Assembly (NCBI GenBank): GCA_951406725.2
Contig: OX597814.1
Coordinates: forward strand, 133,238,001-133,302,000
Source of the DNA: Octopus vulgaris
Lineage: Eukaryota
DNA: 64,000 bases
Reading direction: 5' to 3'
In this document: positions 1 to 12,704 of the stretch, piece after piece
How positions within the stretch are numbered: the stretch's first letter is position 1
Layout: each line of letters opens with the position of its first letter
Notes under the pieces: generated by a model
What the model was told of the DNA's origin: nothing
The model's input: the letters and a program-made list of their open reading frames with translations, nothing else
Databases searched by the model: none
Program-made: the position numbers and the translations under genes

Positions 1-360
1 CCGCAGAGTGAGCTAACAGTACTGAATCTCATTGGTCAAAAGAATATTGGTGGAACGTCGAATTAAAACAGCTACCACAAAACAAACAGTTATTATTGTG
101 TGTAAACACATTAAAAAGATATACTCTGTTGTGGAATCGGATACAAAAATGATCAGAAAAATGCATGAGAAAGAGGAAACTTGTGAATCATTGATAAGCA
201 ATTTGCAAATCCATTATCCAAGATGCGCCTTCTGTTCCATTCCTTCATATTTATTGGAGCAACAGGATATGTATGACTGAATTTGGGGAAGAAATGCAAC
301 TCGTTAGTTCATACGCTACCAATACAAACCTTCAAGGCCTTGTAAAAATTTAAAGGATTA
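1..360 (+). mobile_element. Decayed 3' fragment of a restriction-like-endonuclease (REL) non-LTR retrotransposon (R4/Dong-like)
   Basis: Frameshifted translation KEYWWNV...VIIVCKHIKKIYSVVE...EKEETCESLISNLQIHYPR..IIGATGYV parallels the REL domain copies at 12122-12410 and 35345-35700. Confidence 0.6.
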
Positions 361-644
361 TGAGCAAAGCAAGATGATTTCCCACACAATGTTGCTAGAA
401 TGCAGGCGACCCGTCTAAGTTAACTACATGTCAAATGAAATTATACATTCTTGTGTTATGCTTTTCGATTCTCAAAAAATATACACATCAGTGGCTATTC
501 TGATTATTAATCACCGCGATACGAACTATTATTAAATATTAAATCTCTTCTTTACCTGTCATCATAGCGACTAGAAATAATTTTTGATATGAAAGGCTTA
601 ATGGAGATCACCTCAGAAGTTAGTCGATATTAGAATCACACACA

Positions 645-830
645 CAATATATATATATATATATTGACTATTTATTAAAATTTTATGTATTGATTAAGTC
701 TTTCCTTGTTTGTTTTGCAAAATAGTGGTTTTGTCTCTAATAATATTTTATAATATTTTACTATAAAATTGGATTTAATCCTAAATCTGATTTTTTCCCT
801 GTAAATTTGGATTTATTCCCTAATATTTAT

Positions 831-894
<64 letters not shown>

Positions 895-895
895 A

Positions 896-946
<51 letters not shown>

Positions 947-974
947 TATATACATATATATACACACACACACG

Positions 975-1010
<36 letters not shown>
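645..1010. repeat. (TA)n/(CA)n microsatellite array with a ~165-bp non-repetitive insert (664-829)
   Basis: Direct reading; ORF 807..1031 (YIYI) is an artefact of it. Confidence 0.9.
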
Positions 1011-1013
<3 letters not shown>

Positions 1014-2606
1014 AGGATATCTACTTATTAATTTCAGTTTGATAATGGAATTGATCGAAACTTATTTTATATAGGCAACTAGATTAAGATTAGCAGCACA
1101 ATTTGCCGCATCATGATTATTGCGCGACCGTTAACTATATTTTATTTTGACAAATAAATAAATAGGACGTAAAGCCAGATTAATTTTCCCATTGTTATTT
1201 AGAATATTTTAAAGGTTTCAGTACTACCACCATTAAATTATAAATCTACAAGTTTTATTTACATTACATACAGGCACAATAATCAATCTTATTAAAGTTG
1301 TCTGACTTTTAGAATCATTGGTAAGTTATTGCGTTGTTTTTTGTTTTGTTTTTTTTTCTAGGCAAACAGATCAATTTCTAATGTACTTATCACATTCGGT
1401 TCATACTTCAGAAAAACCACACCATACGGATCTTTAGATACTTGTATTCATGCTACTTTCTTTCTATATGTAATTACCCTTCCTTTATTTTTAATTATTT
1501 ACCCGTTTTTATCAATGTCTCAAGTAACCAATCCCCTTTTGTTATCCGTTAAAATACACTTATCTGTTCTTCTCGTCTGATTTTTCTCCCTTCACGAGTA
1601 CCATACATAAATGCTTCACTTTCTTCACAGTAGATAAGTAGTAGTTACGGTAGGTTTTATGGATAAAATCTTTTGTGTATGACTCTTCTAGATATAACAA
1701 ATCGACTGAGGTAAATAGTGTTCAAATATTTGAATAGAGTAGAGTGTTTCTGAATTTTATTTATTGTTTTTTCTATATTTTCTGGAAGCCGACACTTTCT
1801 AGCATATCTCTTGGAACATTTTGTAGAATATCATCATATTACAAATTTCATTTTTTATAGTATATCTCCAGGAATATTTATAGTATATCTCCATGTCACA
1901 AACACTATGAAAACGTTTATGCACTTGGCTTTTATCAATCATTTGTATTCTCTGTACGTTAACATGATTGCTTCTCAGAACGAAAATCGAATAACCGTCT
2001 TTCTCATTCAGCACCATAATTTCAATAAGTCAAAATTTGGAGAGCTCAGATAATTGCTTCAAATAAGATTGTGACGTCTGGCATACTGAATGTTAGTCGT
2101 ATGTCTTGAATTATACTTCTTAATTAGTAGATTTTTTTAAAAGTAGCTTTTGTAAAATTTATGATTCCCTAAGCTGCACCTATATGAAGATTATGATTCA
2201 GGAATTTAACATCGAAATTCGCATTAATTTCACGAAATATTCAATCTGATAACTGTGTCCCGCGGCATATTACGGTAACAATTTGCAGCTGTGATAATAT
2301 GAGAGAGGAGTAACAAGTTATTCGTGTATATTTTCATCCTGAAGCTAAAAGGTAGTAATTTTCTAAAATCATACATCAACACACATAAGAGGGTGAAATA
2401 TATATATATTTTTAATTAATAAAAAATCGGTTGAGGTAAATCTATAAATAGGAGACGTTTATATATCATTTGATGAACACACTGAAAGGTATTCAAATAT
2501 TTGATTAAATAAATGAACATTTTTTCGTCATAGATACTCACACCACGTTCACGCACACACACATACATACATATACACACATACACACAAATACACACAC
2601 ACACGC

Positions 2607-2666
<60 letters not shown>

Positions 2667-2850
2667 GAATATAAATACATACATGCACACACACACTCAC
2701 ACAGACACATTATTTATAGGTCACAATACATGAATTAAAGCGCTACCTAATAATGTTGAGAGAACTCAAACATAATTCTTCAGGCGGAAACCACATATCA
2801 TAACGAACCTAAAAAATGAATAAATAGAAGAAAAGTGATGACGCTGAGAA

Positions 2851-3718
2851 AGCAGCATATAGAAAACGCAGACAGCATACAACGGGAACCGAAAAACGGA
2901 AAATGTTACTTTGCTGGAAGGAGGCTGTGTGATTAGCATAGCGATTTTAAAATTCTTCTTCACATAATTCAGTATAGGTCTTCTGATTATTTGTATTATT
3001 CTTTAGGGTTGCAGTAGCTTCAGCCTCATATATGATAAGATTTAATCTTACAACGTTGATCAAGTGGACAAGATCTTGGGTGGCGACATTTGCAGCTGGA
3101 TTCAGGTTCTTGGTGTTGACCACGTGTAATGTTACTCTTCATATTTGAGCAGCAGCTATATGATAATTCACAGAATGCCTATTGACTACTTTCTGTATCT
3201 GTGAGTAGCTGGAAAGTGTTTGTCTAGAAGTGACAGGAAACTTTTACCAATGTTAGTTTTTTTTTAAGAGAAAAGAGAGAGGCGAACCAAATAATTTTCC
3301 CTCCCATATTTTTTGGTTATCCTGATTAATACTAGTGTGGTTAGGAACCACTTTATCTCTGATGCCACTAGATCGATTATTGTGAGTAAACCGAAAGTAA
3401 TTGAGAAATCCATAGCTTATGTGAATGGATCGAATAAGTGTAGGCTTTAGTTGACTGAAAGGGCGCAGGTCCTGTTCAGATCTAAGATCCCTCACTCTCT
3501 GTTGAACTCCAGGTCAGAAATTTCCATTGGTTGCATGCATATGTATAAATATATTCTGAAGAATTGGAAAAACCTGTCTATTCCTGGCTGACTTAATATC
3601 TTTCCAACCTTATCATTTAAGGCCTAAGGAAGATAGCGCATTTTACCTTTTGACAGTTTCTTTTCGTTTTCCCGTTTTTATTTTCCGTTGTTTACTGTCT
3701 GCGTTTTCTATACCACCC
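2851..3718. mobile_element. Non-autonomous TIR element (MULE/MITE-like termini)
   Basis: tatagaaaacgcagacag..caacgg (~2858-2890) is the reverse complement of ccgttg..ctgtctgcgttttctata (~3685-3712); 18 bp perfect, ~45 bp imperfect. No clear TSD. Confidence 0.55.
2905..3310 (-). pseudogene. Penelope-like element fragment (thumb, Cys linker, GIY-YIG endonuclease)
   Basis: Frameshifted minus-strand translation KIIWF..KTNIGKSFLSLLDKHFP..NRHSV.LSYSCCSNM..CKCRHPRSCPLDQRC..IIYEA..KTYTELCEEEFKNRYANH. Confidence 0.7.
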
Positions 3719-3763
3719 AAGGCAGAGAAGGTGCTGAGAATCACTGGGTCCGGACAAGCTGCT

Positions 3764-6335
3764 ACTGGAATATGAAAGCTGAAACGTACAATAAAATAAT
3801 CATCTCATATCTCCGGTCTTGAGGAATAGTTTTCAAAGATCAACTTTCATTTAATCGGAATGATATATATGAGAAGCCAAGGAGAAGGATGCATCATGCT
3901 CAATAATAGCGGTTACAAATTATACTACAAGGATGAAGTCACATCCAACAGGTGAGTTAGTTTCCTGGTTCCCAAATATATCACTGGCAATGTTACAAAC
4001 TTCTGGAGCAAGTCATATAGACTGGTGCAACTCACCTTGAAGATCAATGGTAAGTATCACTTCAGAACCATTCAAGAATATCTGCCAAAAACCAGTCATA
4101 TGCATGAAGTAATCGAGGTTGTGTTTGAGAACATCGGCAACAAATAACTATCATGAACGTGTTCTTCAAGAAGAAAATATGCAAACGATTAACATGGATC
4201 TCGCCCAATGGTAGTCAGAAGAATATGATCGATTACATCCTAATAGACAAGCCGCAGATATTTCAAGATGTCTCAGACGTTAACCGTTTCAATACTGGCA
4301 GCGATCATCGCTTACTACGTACATAAATCACCATTAACACAAAGCTAGGACTAGCTAGACTAACGAAACGTCCAAAGAAGCCAAACTCTACGGTGGTATC
4401 AAAAAAGGAGACACAATTGCAACTACTAATTAGCAATATGTTTGAAACCTTGGAACAACATCACACAGACGATAGAGTTAGCTCCTATTCAGAGAATATT
4501 ACACCACTTTGATGAATAAAGCTGTAATGAGAGCCGGAAGTAATAAACCACTCATAATGGACAAGCGTTCTACAGAAACCAAGCAACTCAAAGAGAAGTG
4601 ATGGCAGATGAAGAGGAGGAAGACAAGTATTCAGAACATCGAATACATTGAAACCTGCAAAATAATCAGCCTTCGCATGAAAGAAGATATCAGAAAATAT
4701 AATCACAATGAACAGCTGAAAGCTCTCAAAAAGAACAAAAGTCTGGAGACTGTCACGAGAAAGAAATGCTTGGAGAAAGATATCAGCGCCGTCAGAAGTA
4801 AACTTAACAGGCTTATCATACGATGTGAGGAATTCTATAGTAAATTGCATTGCACCAGACGATCTGAAGACTCCATTCTCCAACGACACAAATCCAACCC
4901 AACATCCTATTCCCATTATAACTTTAGAGATGTCAGCGAGCAAAAAACGACTCAAGAAAGACAAGACACCGGGCGAGAACAACATCTCATATAGCATTTT
5001 CAAGGAAGATGGAGAACCCATAGGGACGATGCTCACCACGCTCATCAGCAGATTCTAAGAAGGAAAAGTCCGTAATAGTTGGGAAAATACAGTAGAGATC
5101 TTGCTTTACAAGAAAGGTGGTAAAGCGATCTTGAAGAACTACCGTCCCATCAATCTCTTGTCCATCATCTACAAGGCGTTTTCCCAAATTATGATTAGAA
5201 GAATGATCAGCAACTTGGATATCTATAAACCAAAAGAAAAAGTTTAAGATAGGTTTTTGTACTGTTGATTTCATTCATGTTGTCAATCAACTGCAAGGGA
5301 AAGCGAACGAAGACAACATCCCACTGTGCCTTGCCATCTTTAACTATGAGAAGGCCTTCGACTCCAAAGAAATCACACTGTTCTTTACAGCTCTCAAAAG
5401 CCAAGGAGCGGGCCCCGACTACATTGCAATACTGAAAGATCTTTACAGCGGTATAACATCGACCCACAGGCTACACCAGGACAGTGATAAGATCAATTTG
5501 GAGAGAGGAGCAATGTAAGGTGATATCTTACCGAAGTTGTTTACATCGTGACTGCAAGACGCTGTCATCAACAAAATCCACTGGGTCGAGAAAAGCATCA
5601 ACATTGGACGCGAACAACTACACCACCTGGATTTTGCAGATGTCATCTTGACAGCGCATACACCTAAGGAACTGGAAGAAACGCTCACCGATATCTACAC
5701 TACAAGTCAACCTGTCGGCCTCAACATGAACCTTGGAAAAACCCGCCCTGATAAACTGCAAGGTTATAGAAGAGACAGAGAACTACGTTTACCCGAGAAA
5801 GATGGTAACAAAAGACGGAAATCTTCGCCACGTGATAAACAGAAGAGTAGCGCTTGGGTGAGAGGCTTTTGAGAGGTCCCAAGACTTCCATGAAAATTAA
5901 AAGTAAGATCTTCAACAGATTTCTGTCAGTGATGATTTACAGCAGTGGAACAAGGGCTCTGAACACTACAATCATGAATTCCCTCATTGTAGCCCAACGG
6001 AAAATGGAACGAAACATGCTCGCCATCACATTACAGGACAAGAAACCAACGATTGGATTCGACACCACACGTGAGTCAACGACATCATAAGAATGACCAT
6101 GGACAACTAATATAGACGGGCTGGCCACATCACGTGACTGAAGGACAACAGATACACAATCAGGGTGACGGAATGGACGACAAAACAATTGAGAAGATCA
6201 ACAAATCGAACAAAGACAAGATAACGAGATGCTCTCACCCTCTACCTGAGGTCTACATGGAGATGGCTGGCCACAGATAGACAACGGGAAAAGAAGTCCA
6301 AGGATGAGTTCCTCCTTCCGAACTGATGAAGCCCT
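3764..6335 (+). mobile_element. Decayed RTE-clade LINE (APE endonuclease + RT)
   Basis: Broken motifs: W.SPNG..KN.IDYIL, GSDHRL, KTPGE, LKNYRPINLLSIIYK, YEKAFDS, LDFADV, R.WAGHI; many stops and frameshifts. Confidence 0.85.
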
Positions 6336-7276
6336 GGAAAAGGAAATATACACACGCTCATATGTTTGTGTGTTTATATATATGCATGTATGTGTATATG
6401 AATGAATATATATATTAATGTGTGTGTGTACATATGTGTAAATGAATATATATATATATGAATGAATATATACATAAATGTGTGTACATATGTGTAAATG
6501 AATATATATATAGATAGATATAGATATATTCATTTACACATATGTACACACACACACATTTATATATATACTAGCATTATTTGGTATAAATAGTGCTTGT
6601 TTGGTATAAATTTGTTAAATAAAAAATTTGGGGTAATAAAACATACAATGACATTAAAAAGACGAATTAAAATTCCAAAGAAAAATACATAGAAGATAAA
6701 TATACAAATTTACAAAAATACATAAAAGTTCATCGGAGATGCATCAATTAATATGAAACATATTATATATTTAAAATTGACACTCCCCTCGTCAGGATGT
6801 TTTTTACACACAACACATAGTACACGGAAACAAATGCAATTACATACCTGCTACATGTGAAAGACCAGACATTACGTACTCCCAAATATTCTCCTAGATA
6901 CTGAATGCTACTTTATAAGCATATAATTCAATCTAGCAGCTATAGTAAATGGTATGAGCACATCTCCATCTGAACTATTTCACTTCTGCACTCAATTAAA
7001 TTTTTCATCTTTTAATTTCTCCCATTCATGCAAAGCCACATATTCGAGTTCAAGTCCTTGATACATTTTATACTAATTGCTATTTTTCTTTTAATTGTTA
7101 TATAACTATTTAATTACCATTTTAATAAAATAAAATATATTTAATTACTACTTACTATATTTACTATATTTAATTCAATTGTTATTATTACCTCTAACTT
7201 TTATTGTAATTTTTATTTCTAAATTTCTTATGGAACGTCGAGTGGATCTTATGCGTACAATATATTTTTATATGAT

Positions 7277-7490
7277 ACTCTTACTCTCTCTTTACTCTTT
7301 TACATGTTTCAGTCATTTGACTGCGGCCATGCTGGAGCACCGCCTTTAGTCGAACAAATCGACCCCGGGACTTATTCTTTGTAAGCCCAGTACTTATTCT
7401 ATCGGTCTCTTTTGCCGAACCGCTAAGTTACGGGGACGTAAACACACCAGCATCGGTTGTCAAGCAATGCTAGGGGGACAAACACAGACA
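7277..7490 (-). mobile_element. SINE family B, 3' portion
   Basis: tttcagtcatttgactgcggccatgctggagcacc...gctaagttacggggacgtaaac; homologous pieces at 31190-32480, 34228-34378, 40845-40950. Confidence 0.85.
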
Positions 7491-7506
7491 TGATGTTTAT
7501 ATATTT

Positions 7507-10085
7507 ATGTGAACTGGCCCACAAATACTCCGAAGTTAGGCAAGTGCTCTACATCAGATAGGGCAGCAGCAGAACTGCTCTTTAATCTGATGGATGAGTA
7601 TTTCCTGACTCAGCTAGTGCTTGAACCAACGAGACAGAATAAAACGATCTTGGATCTGGTACTGACCAATCACTCTAGCTACGTTCACAGCATTTCAGTC
7701 GAAAAAACTCTCCTCTCAGACCACGACATGGTACTCTGCAATCTTAATTCCCGACGTATAAAAACCAAACCAGCCAATCCCACTCCATGGCACCCATTTG
7801 ACAACATAAATTTCCACAAAGCGGACTGGGGAACAATCAGAAAGGATCTGTCTTCCATCGACTGGTCTTTTACTCTCAATTCCCCTCATATTGAGACCGC
7901 GTGGCAACACTTTGAAACCATTGTCACCGACACATGCTCTAAACACGCTCCCAAGAAATCTACTAACACAAACAGAAACCGGCTCCCTAAAAAGAAAAAA
8001 ACACTCATCAGGCGCATCAAAAGACTCAACAAAAAAATCAACCAATTAAAATATTCCCACACGCAACATCCACATTCAACAACAATGAAAAGACTAGAGC
8101 TGGAAAAACTTCATCTGCAGACTAACATGAAAACCTCCATTGAAAATCAAAGAGCTGTGGAGGAACAATGGGTAATCAAAAACATCAAACAGAACCCAAA
8201 AGTGTTCTATTCTTATGCAAATAAGCATAGAACCACTGTCTCACCTATTGGGCCATTGATTGATGAAAACGGCATTCCCCAACACGATGCTAAAGAAATG
8301 TCAGAAATACTGCAGAAACAATATTGCTCTGTCTTCAGTGTTCCCACTGATATTGATGTGAGGGAAACGAACGAAGCTGACTCCCAACACAAAATCGCAG
8401 ACATAACCTTCACTGCCACCGACATTGTAGCAGCAATAAATGAGGTCAAACATTACTCCGCTGTAGGCCCTGATAGATTTCCCGCCAGTCTCCTGAAGGG
8501 ATGTAGATATCAACTTGCAGTCCCTCTGACCAACCTCTGGAGAAAATCGTTAGACGCAGGTTATATACCGAAAAAGTTTCTATCCCAGTCGGTCATCCCG
8601 GTTTTCAAACAGGGAAACAGATCCCTCGCAGTCAACTATCGCCCAATCTCACTCACCTCCCACATCATTAAAGTGTTTGAAAGAGTGTTAAGATCAAGGA
8701 TAGCTGACTTCCTGGAGACCCACAAACTCCTAAATTCAAATCAACATGGCTTTCGCTGTGGCAGGGACTGTCTAACACAGCTCTTACACCACATTGAAGA
8801 TGTACTCAAAGCCTTGGGAACAGGTTCGAACTCTGACGTCATATACCTTGACTTCAGTAAAGCGTTCGACAGGGTAGACCATAACATCCTACTCTCAAAA
8901 TTGGCAAATGTTGGAATCCGTGGAAAAGTTCTACACTGGATTCAGTATTTCCTAGCGAATAGAACACAACATGTTGTAGTTGATGGAGTCCACTCAAACC
9001 CAGCAAAAGTCACCAGCGGTGTTCCCCAGGGAACTGTTTTGGGTCCGCTACTCTTCGTAATTTATGTAAACGACCTTTCCAGTGTCGTACATCACTGCAA
9101 AGTGAAAATATTCGCTGATGACACTAAGCTCCAGCAAATCGTCAATGAAGAAGCAGACCGAACTCAACTCCAGTCTGACCTATATGCTGTGAGTCAATGG
9201 GCAGACATAAACAAAATGCAACTGAATGAGAGAAAATTTGAGCTGATGCATTTTGGAAGAAATTCCTCACTAAAACAACCATACTCTCTTCTTTCAGGGG
9301 AACCGCTCACAGCCTCTAACAATATCAGAGACCTGGGTGTAATTGTTGATGACGATCTCAGTTGGAGTGCACACATCAACAAGAAGGTCGATACAGCTCG
9401 TAGGATGAGTTCCTGGATCTTAAGAACTTTCCGGTCCAGAGAACAAGGTGTCATCATACCACTTTTTTCATCCTTTGTACGGCCACACCTTGAATACTGC
9501 TGCCCACTGTGGTCTCCTCACACAAGACAAAACATCTCCAGAATTGAGTCACCCCAGAGGGCTCTCACTAAACAAATTGAAGGCATGGCTGCTCTCGACT
9601 ATTGGGATCGCCTTAAAGCCTTGAAACTTTACTCCCTCCAGCGTCGCCGTGAGCGGTACATCATTTGTACGATGTGGAAAATATACCGCCAACTTTGCCC
9701 AAACGACCTAAACATTAGCTTCAAGGTTCATCCGAGACTTGGACCACGGGCTATACGTCCCCTGCCAAATTCAAGATCACAACATACATGTACACTGCAA
9801 CATAATTTCTTTTCCTCAACAGGCCCTGCCCTATTTAACATTGTCCCGAGGGAGATCAAAGAGGAAAAGGATCCCATCAACTTCAAACAGAGTCTGGATA
9901 GATTCCTTCAAAGAATACCAGACAAGCCACCCATAATAGGATACAACTCACCCAACAAGAACTCACTACTTGAACAAAACTTGACTTAAACAGGATTCGA
10001 ATAATCCTATCAGGTGGTGCTATTAAGTTAGACATGGGCTGGACCAATCTCTGGTCGAAACATATCTAAGTTTTATCTAAGTTTT
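7507..10085 (+). mobile_element. Young 5'-truncated CR1-type LINE, copy 1
   Basis: Open RT ORF; 3' tail (atctaagtttt)x2; 11-bp TSD tttatatattt at 7496-7506 and 10083-10093. Confidence 0.95.
7509..9989 (+). CDS. LINE ORF2 (C-terminal APE endonuclease + reverse transcriptase), 826 aa, no true start
   Basis: PTR..ILDLVLTN, SDH, NYRPISLTS, QHGF, YLDFSKAFDRVDH, SGVPQGTVLGPLLF, FADD, RDLGV, RPHLEYC. Confidence 0.92.
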   Translation: MNWPTNTPKLGKCSTSDRAAAELLFNLMDEYFLTQLVLEPTRQNKTILDLVLTNHSSYVHSISVEKTLLSDHDMVLCNLNSRRIKTKPANPTPWHPFDNINFHKADWGTIRKDLSSIDWSFTLNSPHIETAWQHFETIVTDTCSKHAPKKSTNTNRNRLPKKKKTLIRRIKRLNKKINQLKYSHTQHPHSTTMKRLELEKLHLQTNMKTSIENQRAVEEQWVIKNIKQNPKVFYSYANKHRTTVSPIGPLIDENGIPQHDAKEMSEILQKQYCSVFSVPTDIDVRETNEADSQHKIADITFTATDIVAAINEVKHYSAVGPDRFPASLLKGCRYQLAVPLTNLWRKSLDAGYIPKKFLSQSVIPVFKQGNRSLAVNYRPISLTSHIIKVFERVLRSRIADFLETHKLLNSNQHGFRCGRDCLTQLLHHIEDVLKALGTGSNSDVIYLDFSKAFDRVDHNILLSKLANVGIRGKVLHWIQYFLANRTQHVVVDGVHSNPAKVTSGVPQGTVLGPLLFVIYVNDLSSVVHHCKVKIFADDTKLQQIVNEEADRTQLQSDLYAVSQWADINKMQLNERKFELMHFGRNSSLKQPYSLLSGEPLTASNNIRDLGVIVDDDLSWSAHINKKVDTARRMSSWILRTFRSREQGVIIPLFSSFVRPHLEYCCPLWSPHTRQNISRIESPQRALTKQIEGMAALDYWDRLKALKLYSLQRRRERYIICTMWKIYRQLCPNDLNISFKVHPRLGPRAIRPLPNSRSQHTCTLQHNFFSSTGPALFNIVPREIKEEKDPINFKQSLDRFLQRIPDKPPIIGYNSPNKNSLLEQNLT

Positions 10086-10320
10086 ATATATTTCTAAACG
10101 TCGGGCTTTATGTCTGTTCTGTAGATATAAATGAATATATGAATATATGTATGTGTTTGATCTTTCTGTAGATTTTGTAGTGCTTTTGTAGTTGCTGCTC
10201 GCATTGCCTCTCCTCGGATTAAAAAGTGTATACAGCTCATTTGAGCATTACTATTCCAGTCTGTTATATAATTTGAGCGTTGTTGTCACTAACGATCTCA
10301 AGATATAACCTTATATTTTG

Positions 10321-10383
<63 letters not shown>

Positions 10384-10446
10384 CATATACATACAATAGA
10401 AAGATGTTTTTGTTTCACATTTAACACGTAATATTGAAATGGTGAG

Positions 10447-10738
10447 AGTGGAGAAAATATGATACTGCTGTGGGCTCGCTCTAGGCAAGAAGTTAAACAT
10501 TTTTGCCCATGATACTACATGGACCCTAAGTAAGGCATGTGTAAAATTTGAATGAAACTGGTTCTGTAGTTCTCAAGTTTTAGGGAATCACAGTGGAGAA
10601 GATATGATATTACTGTGGGCTCGCCCAAGGCAAAAAGTTTTAAAAAATTTTGCCGATGACACTCCCCGGACCCTAAGTAAGGTATGTGTGAAATTTGAAT
10701 GAAATTGGTTGCGTAGTTATCAAGTTTTAGGGAAGCAC
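10447..10738. repeat. Two diverged tandem ~145-bp units inside the Helitron-like element
   Basis: agtggagaa.atatgata.t.ctgtgggctcgc...ggaccctaagtaagg.atgtgt.aaatttgaatgaaa.tggtt..gtagtt.tcaagttttagggaa occurs twice. Confidence 0.85.
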
Positions 10739-10799
10739 ACACACAGACAGATAGACAGACAGACAGACACGCATTCTCAGTTTTATATATAGAGATTCA

Positions 10800-10845
<46 letters not shown>

Positions 10846-10891
10846 TATATATATAAACATATATGTGTGCGTTTGTGTACATATGTGTAAA

Positions 10892-10922
<31 letters not shown>

Positions 10923-10985
10923 CCATTCATATATATAAATAAATATATATAAACACACACAAAGATATGAGTGTGTGTATATTTC

Positions 10986-11042
<57 letters not shown>

Positions 11043-11070
11043 CTTTGAAGCCGTTCCTCAATTGTTGTTG

Positions 11071-11111
<41 letters not shown>

Positions 11112-11114
<3 letters not shown>

Positions 11115-11968
11115 GGCGCGGTGAATAAACTTACGCAAACATGAAAATAACACTGACATCAAATTTTAACAGAGGTATTTAGCAAAATTATATAAAATAT
11201 TTTGAAATACTTAAGAGTAAATCTATTCAATAAAAATAGCCATTGGTTTCAACCACGGCCTCCAGACGACTTCGGAATCTCCTATAACTTTTCTGGGCGG
11301 TCTCCTTGCTTAAACTCGTGAATGCTATCATAATTTTGCCTTCAGTTCATCTTTAGTGTTGTTAGGAGTTTTGTTGCTCTCTCGTTCAACTGCGCCCTAC
11401 ACATAATAATTAAGGAGGTTGCAGTCTGGGGAGTTAGGTGGCCAGCTGTTTGGGGTGATGTGGTTGCAGAAATTCTATGACAGCCATGACTCGGTTTTCC
11501 CGCTTGTTTGCCGTAGTACAGAGTCCTGTAGCCAGACATTGGATTTTCCAGCAGCCAAACTTTTGACCCAGCAGCAGCACTACCTCCTCCAGACACTTGA
11601 TGTGGCCTCTGTGTTGAGTCTGGGGCCGTGTAGGAAGATGAATGGAGGCATAACGTTGCCATCACTAGTGATCACTCCAAACATCATGATGTTGACTGGA
11701 TGTTTGATTTTATTCCTCTCGGTACATGTCCTCAGATTCACACCCAAACGCTCTGAAATGTTCGTATTGGAGTTTCTGGCTTGAATGCCCAGCAGTATGT
11801 CGTTTCCAAATTTCTGGCAGTGTGAATTGTGTGATGGTGCTGCTTTTCTCACAGACGGTGCCCATCCGACCCTACTATACTGTGTAGTTGACAAAATAAA
11901 AAAAACAAACACTGCGCATGCGCGAAATTAAAACTATAAAATGGCAACAATTTATCAATCGCAACCTG
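11112..11968 (-). mobile_element. Internally deleted maT (DD37D) Tc1/mariner transposon
   Basis: TA flanks; imperfect TIRs cagggcgcggtgaataaa / tttatcaatcgcaacctg; minus translation KHPVNIMMFGVITSDG..WLQDS-(37 aa spacing)-WPPNSPDCNLLN(=D)YYV with stops. Confidence 0.85.
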
Positions 11969-11969
11969 T

Positions 11970-11983
11970 ATATAGATAGATAT

Positions 11984-12082
<99 letters not shown>
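11970..12082. repeat. (GATA)n microsatellite
   Basis: Direct reading. Confidence 0.95.
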
Positions 12083-12121
12083 TTAACAACCGTAATAATT
12101 TATACATACATACATGCAAAC

Positions 12122-12625
12122 AAATTAGCTGCCAACCGGATGTTAACCTAAAACTGAAGATCAGTAAAAGAGAGAATATCTACGCTGAACTATTGAGTGA
12201 TCTACATTTACTCTATCCAGTTTACAAGTTCAGGTTTATACCTGTAATTATTGGGGCCCTGGGATATGTAACACACTGCCTAAATACCAATCTTGTGAGA
12301 TTAGGATTCTCAAAACCAGAAAGGAGAAAGCTGATTCGAAGTGATGTATCCAATCCATCACTGTAACTGTAAAAATCTGTAAAGCTTTCCAGAAGTTTAT
12401 CATTTAAATATATATGAGCATGTCTAGATATGTAACTCTATGCATGAGAATACATACATAAAACATACAAATCTTCACATACGTACATACATACATATAT
12501 ACATACACACAAAAATACCTGCTGTTGATGTTGAAATTCCAATGGAGCAACCATGGATCAAGGTTAGAAATCGGTTCTTTCTCTATTGGCAAGAAATGTT
12601 GAAATAAACTGAATAATGACATATA
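12122..12625 (+). mobile_element. REL non-LTR retrotransposon 3' end and 3' UTR
   Basis: ISCQPDVNLKLKISKRENIYAELL..LYPVYKFRFIPVIIGALGYV; UTR gttgatgttgaaattccaatg..attggcaagaaat matches the reverse complement of 35118-35225. Confidence 0.85.
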
Positions 12626-12626
12626 T

Positions 12627-12703
<77 letters not shown>

Positions 12704-12704
<1 letters not shown>

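Larger units (their letters stand above)
6571..10795 (-). mobile_element. Putative non-autonomous Helitron (~1.4 kb) carrying nested SINE and CR1 LINE
   Basis: Minus strand begins A|TCTCTATATATAAAACTGAGAATGCGTGTCTGTCT at 10795 and ends CTAG|T at 6571, next to a hairpin agcattattt-ggtat-aaatagtgct. The motif tgtgtacatatgtgtaaatgaatatata occurs on both flanks. That the two ends belong to one element is inferred. Confidence 0.5.

Noticed and set aside
6318-6345. CTGATGA at the end of the RTE relic
   Set aside because: No helix II/GAAA/helix I arrangement; it is the LINE 3' end.
10447-10738. Repeat-spacer-like pattern (also 30386-30497)
   Set aside because: Plain tandem duplications in eukaryotic transposons; not CRISPR.
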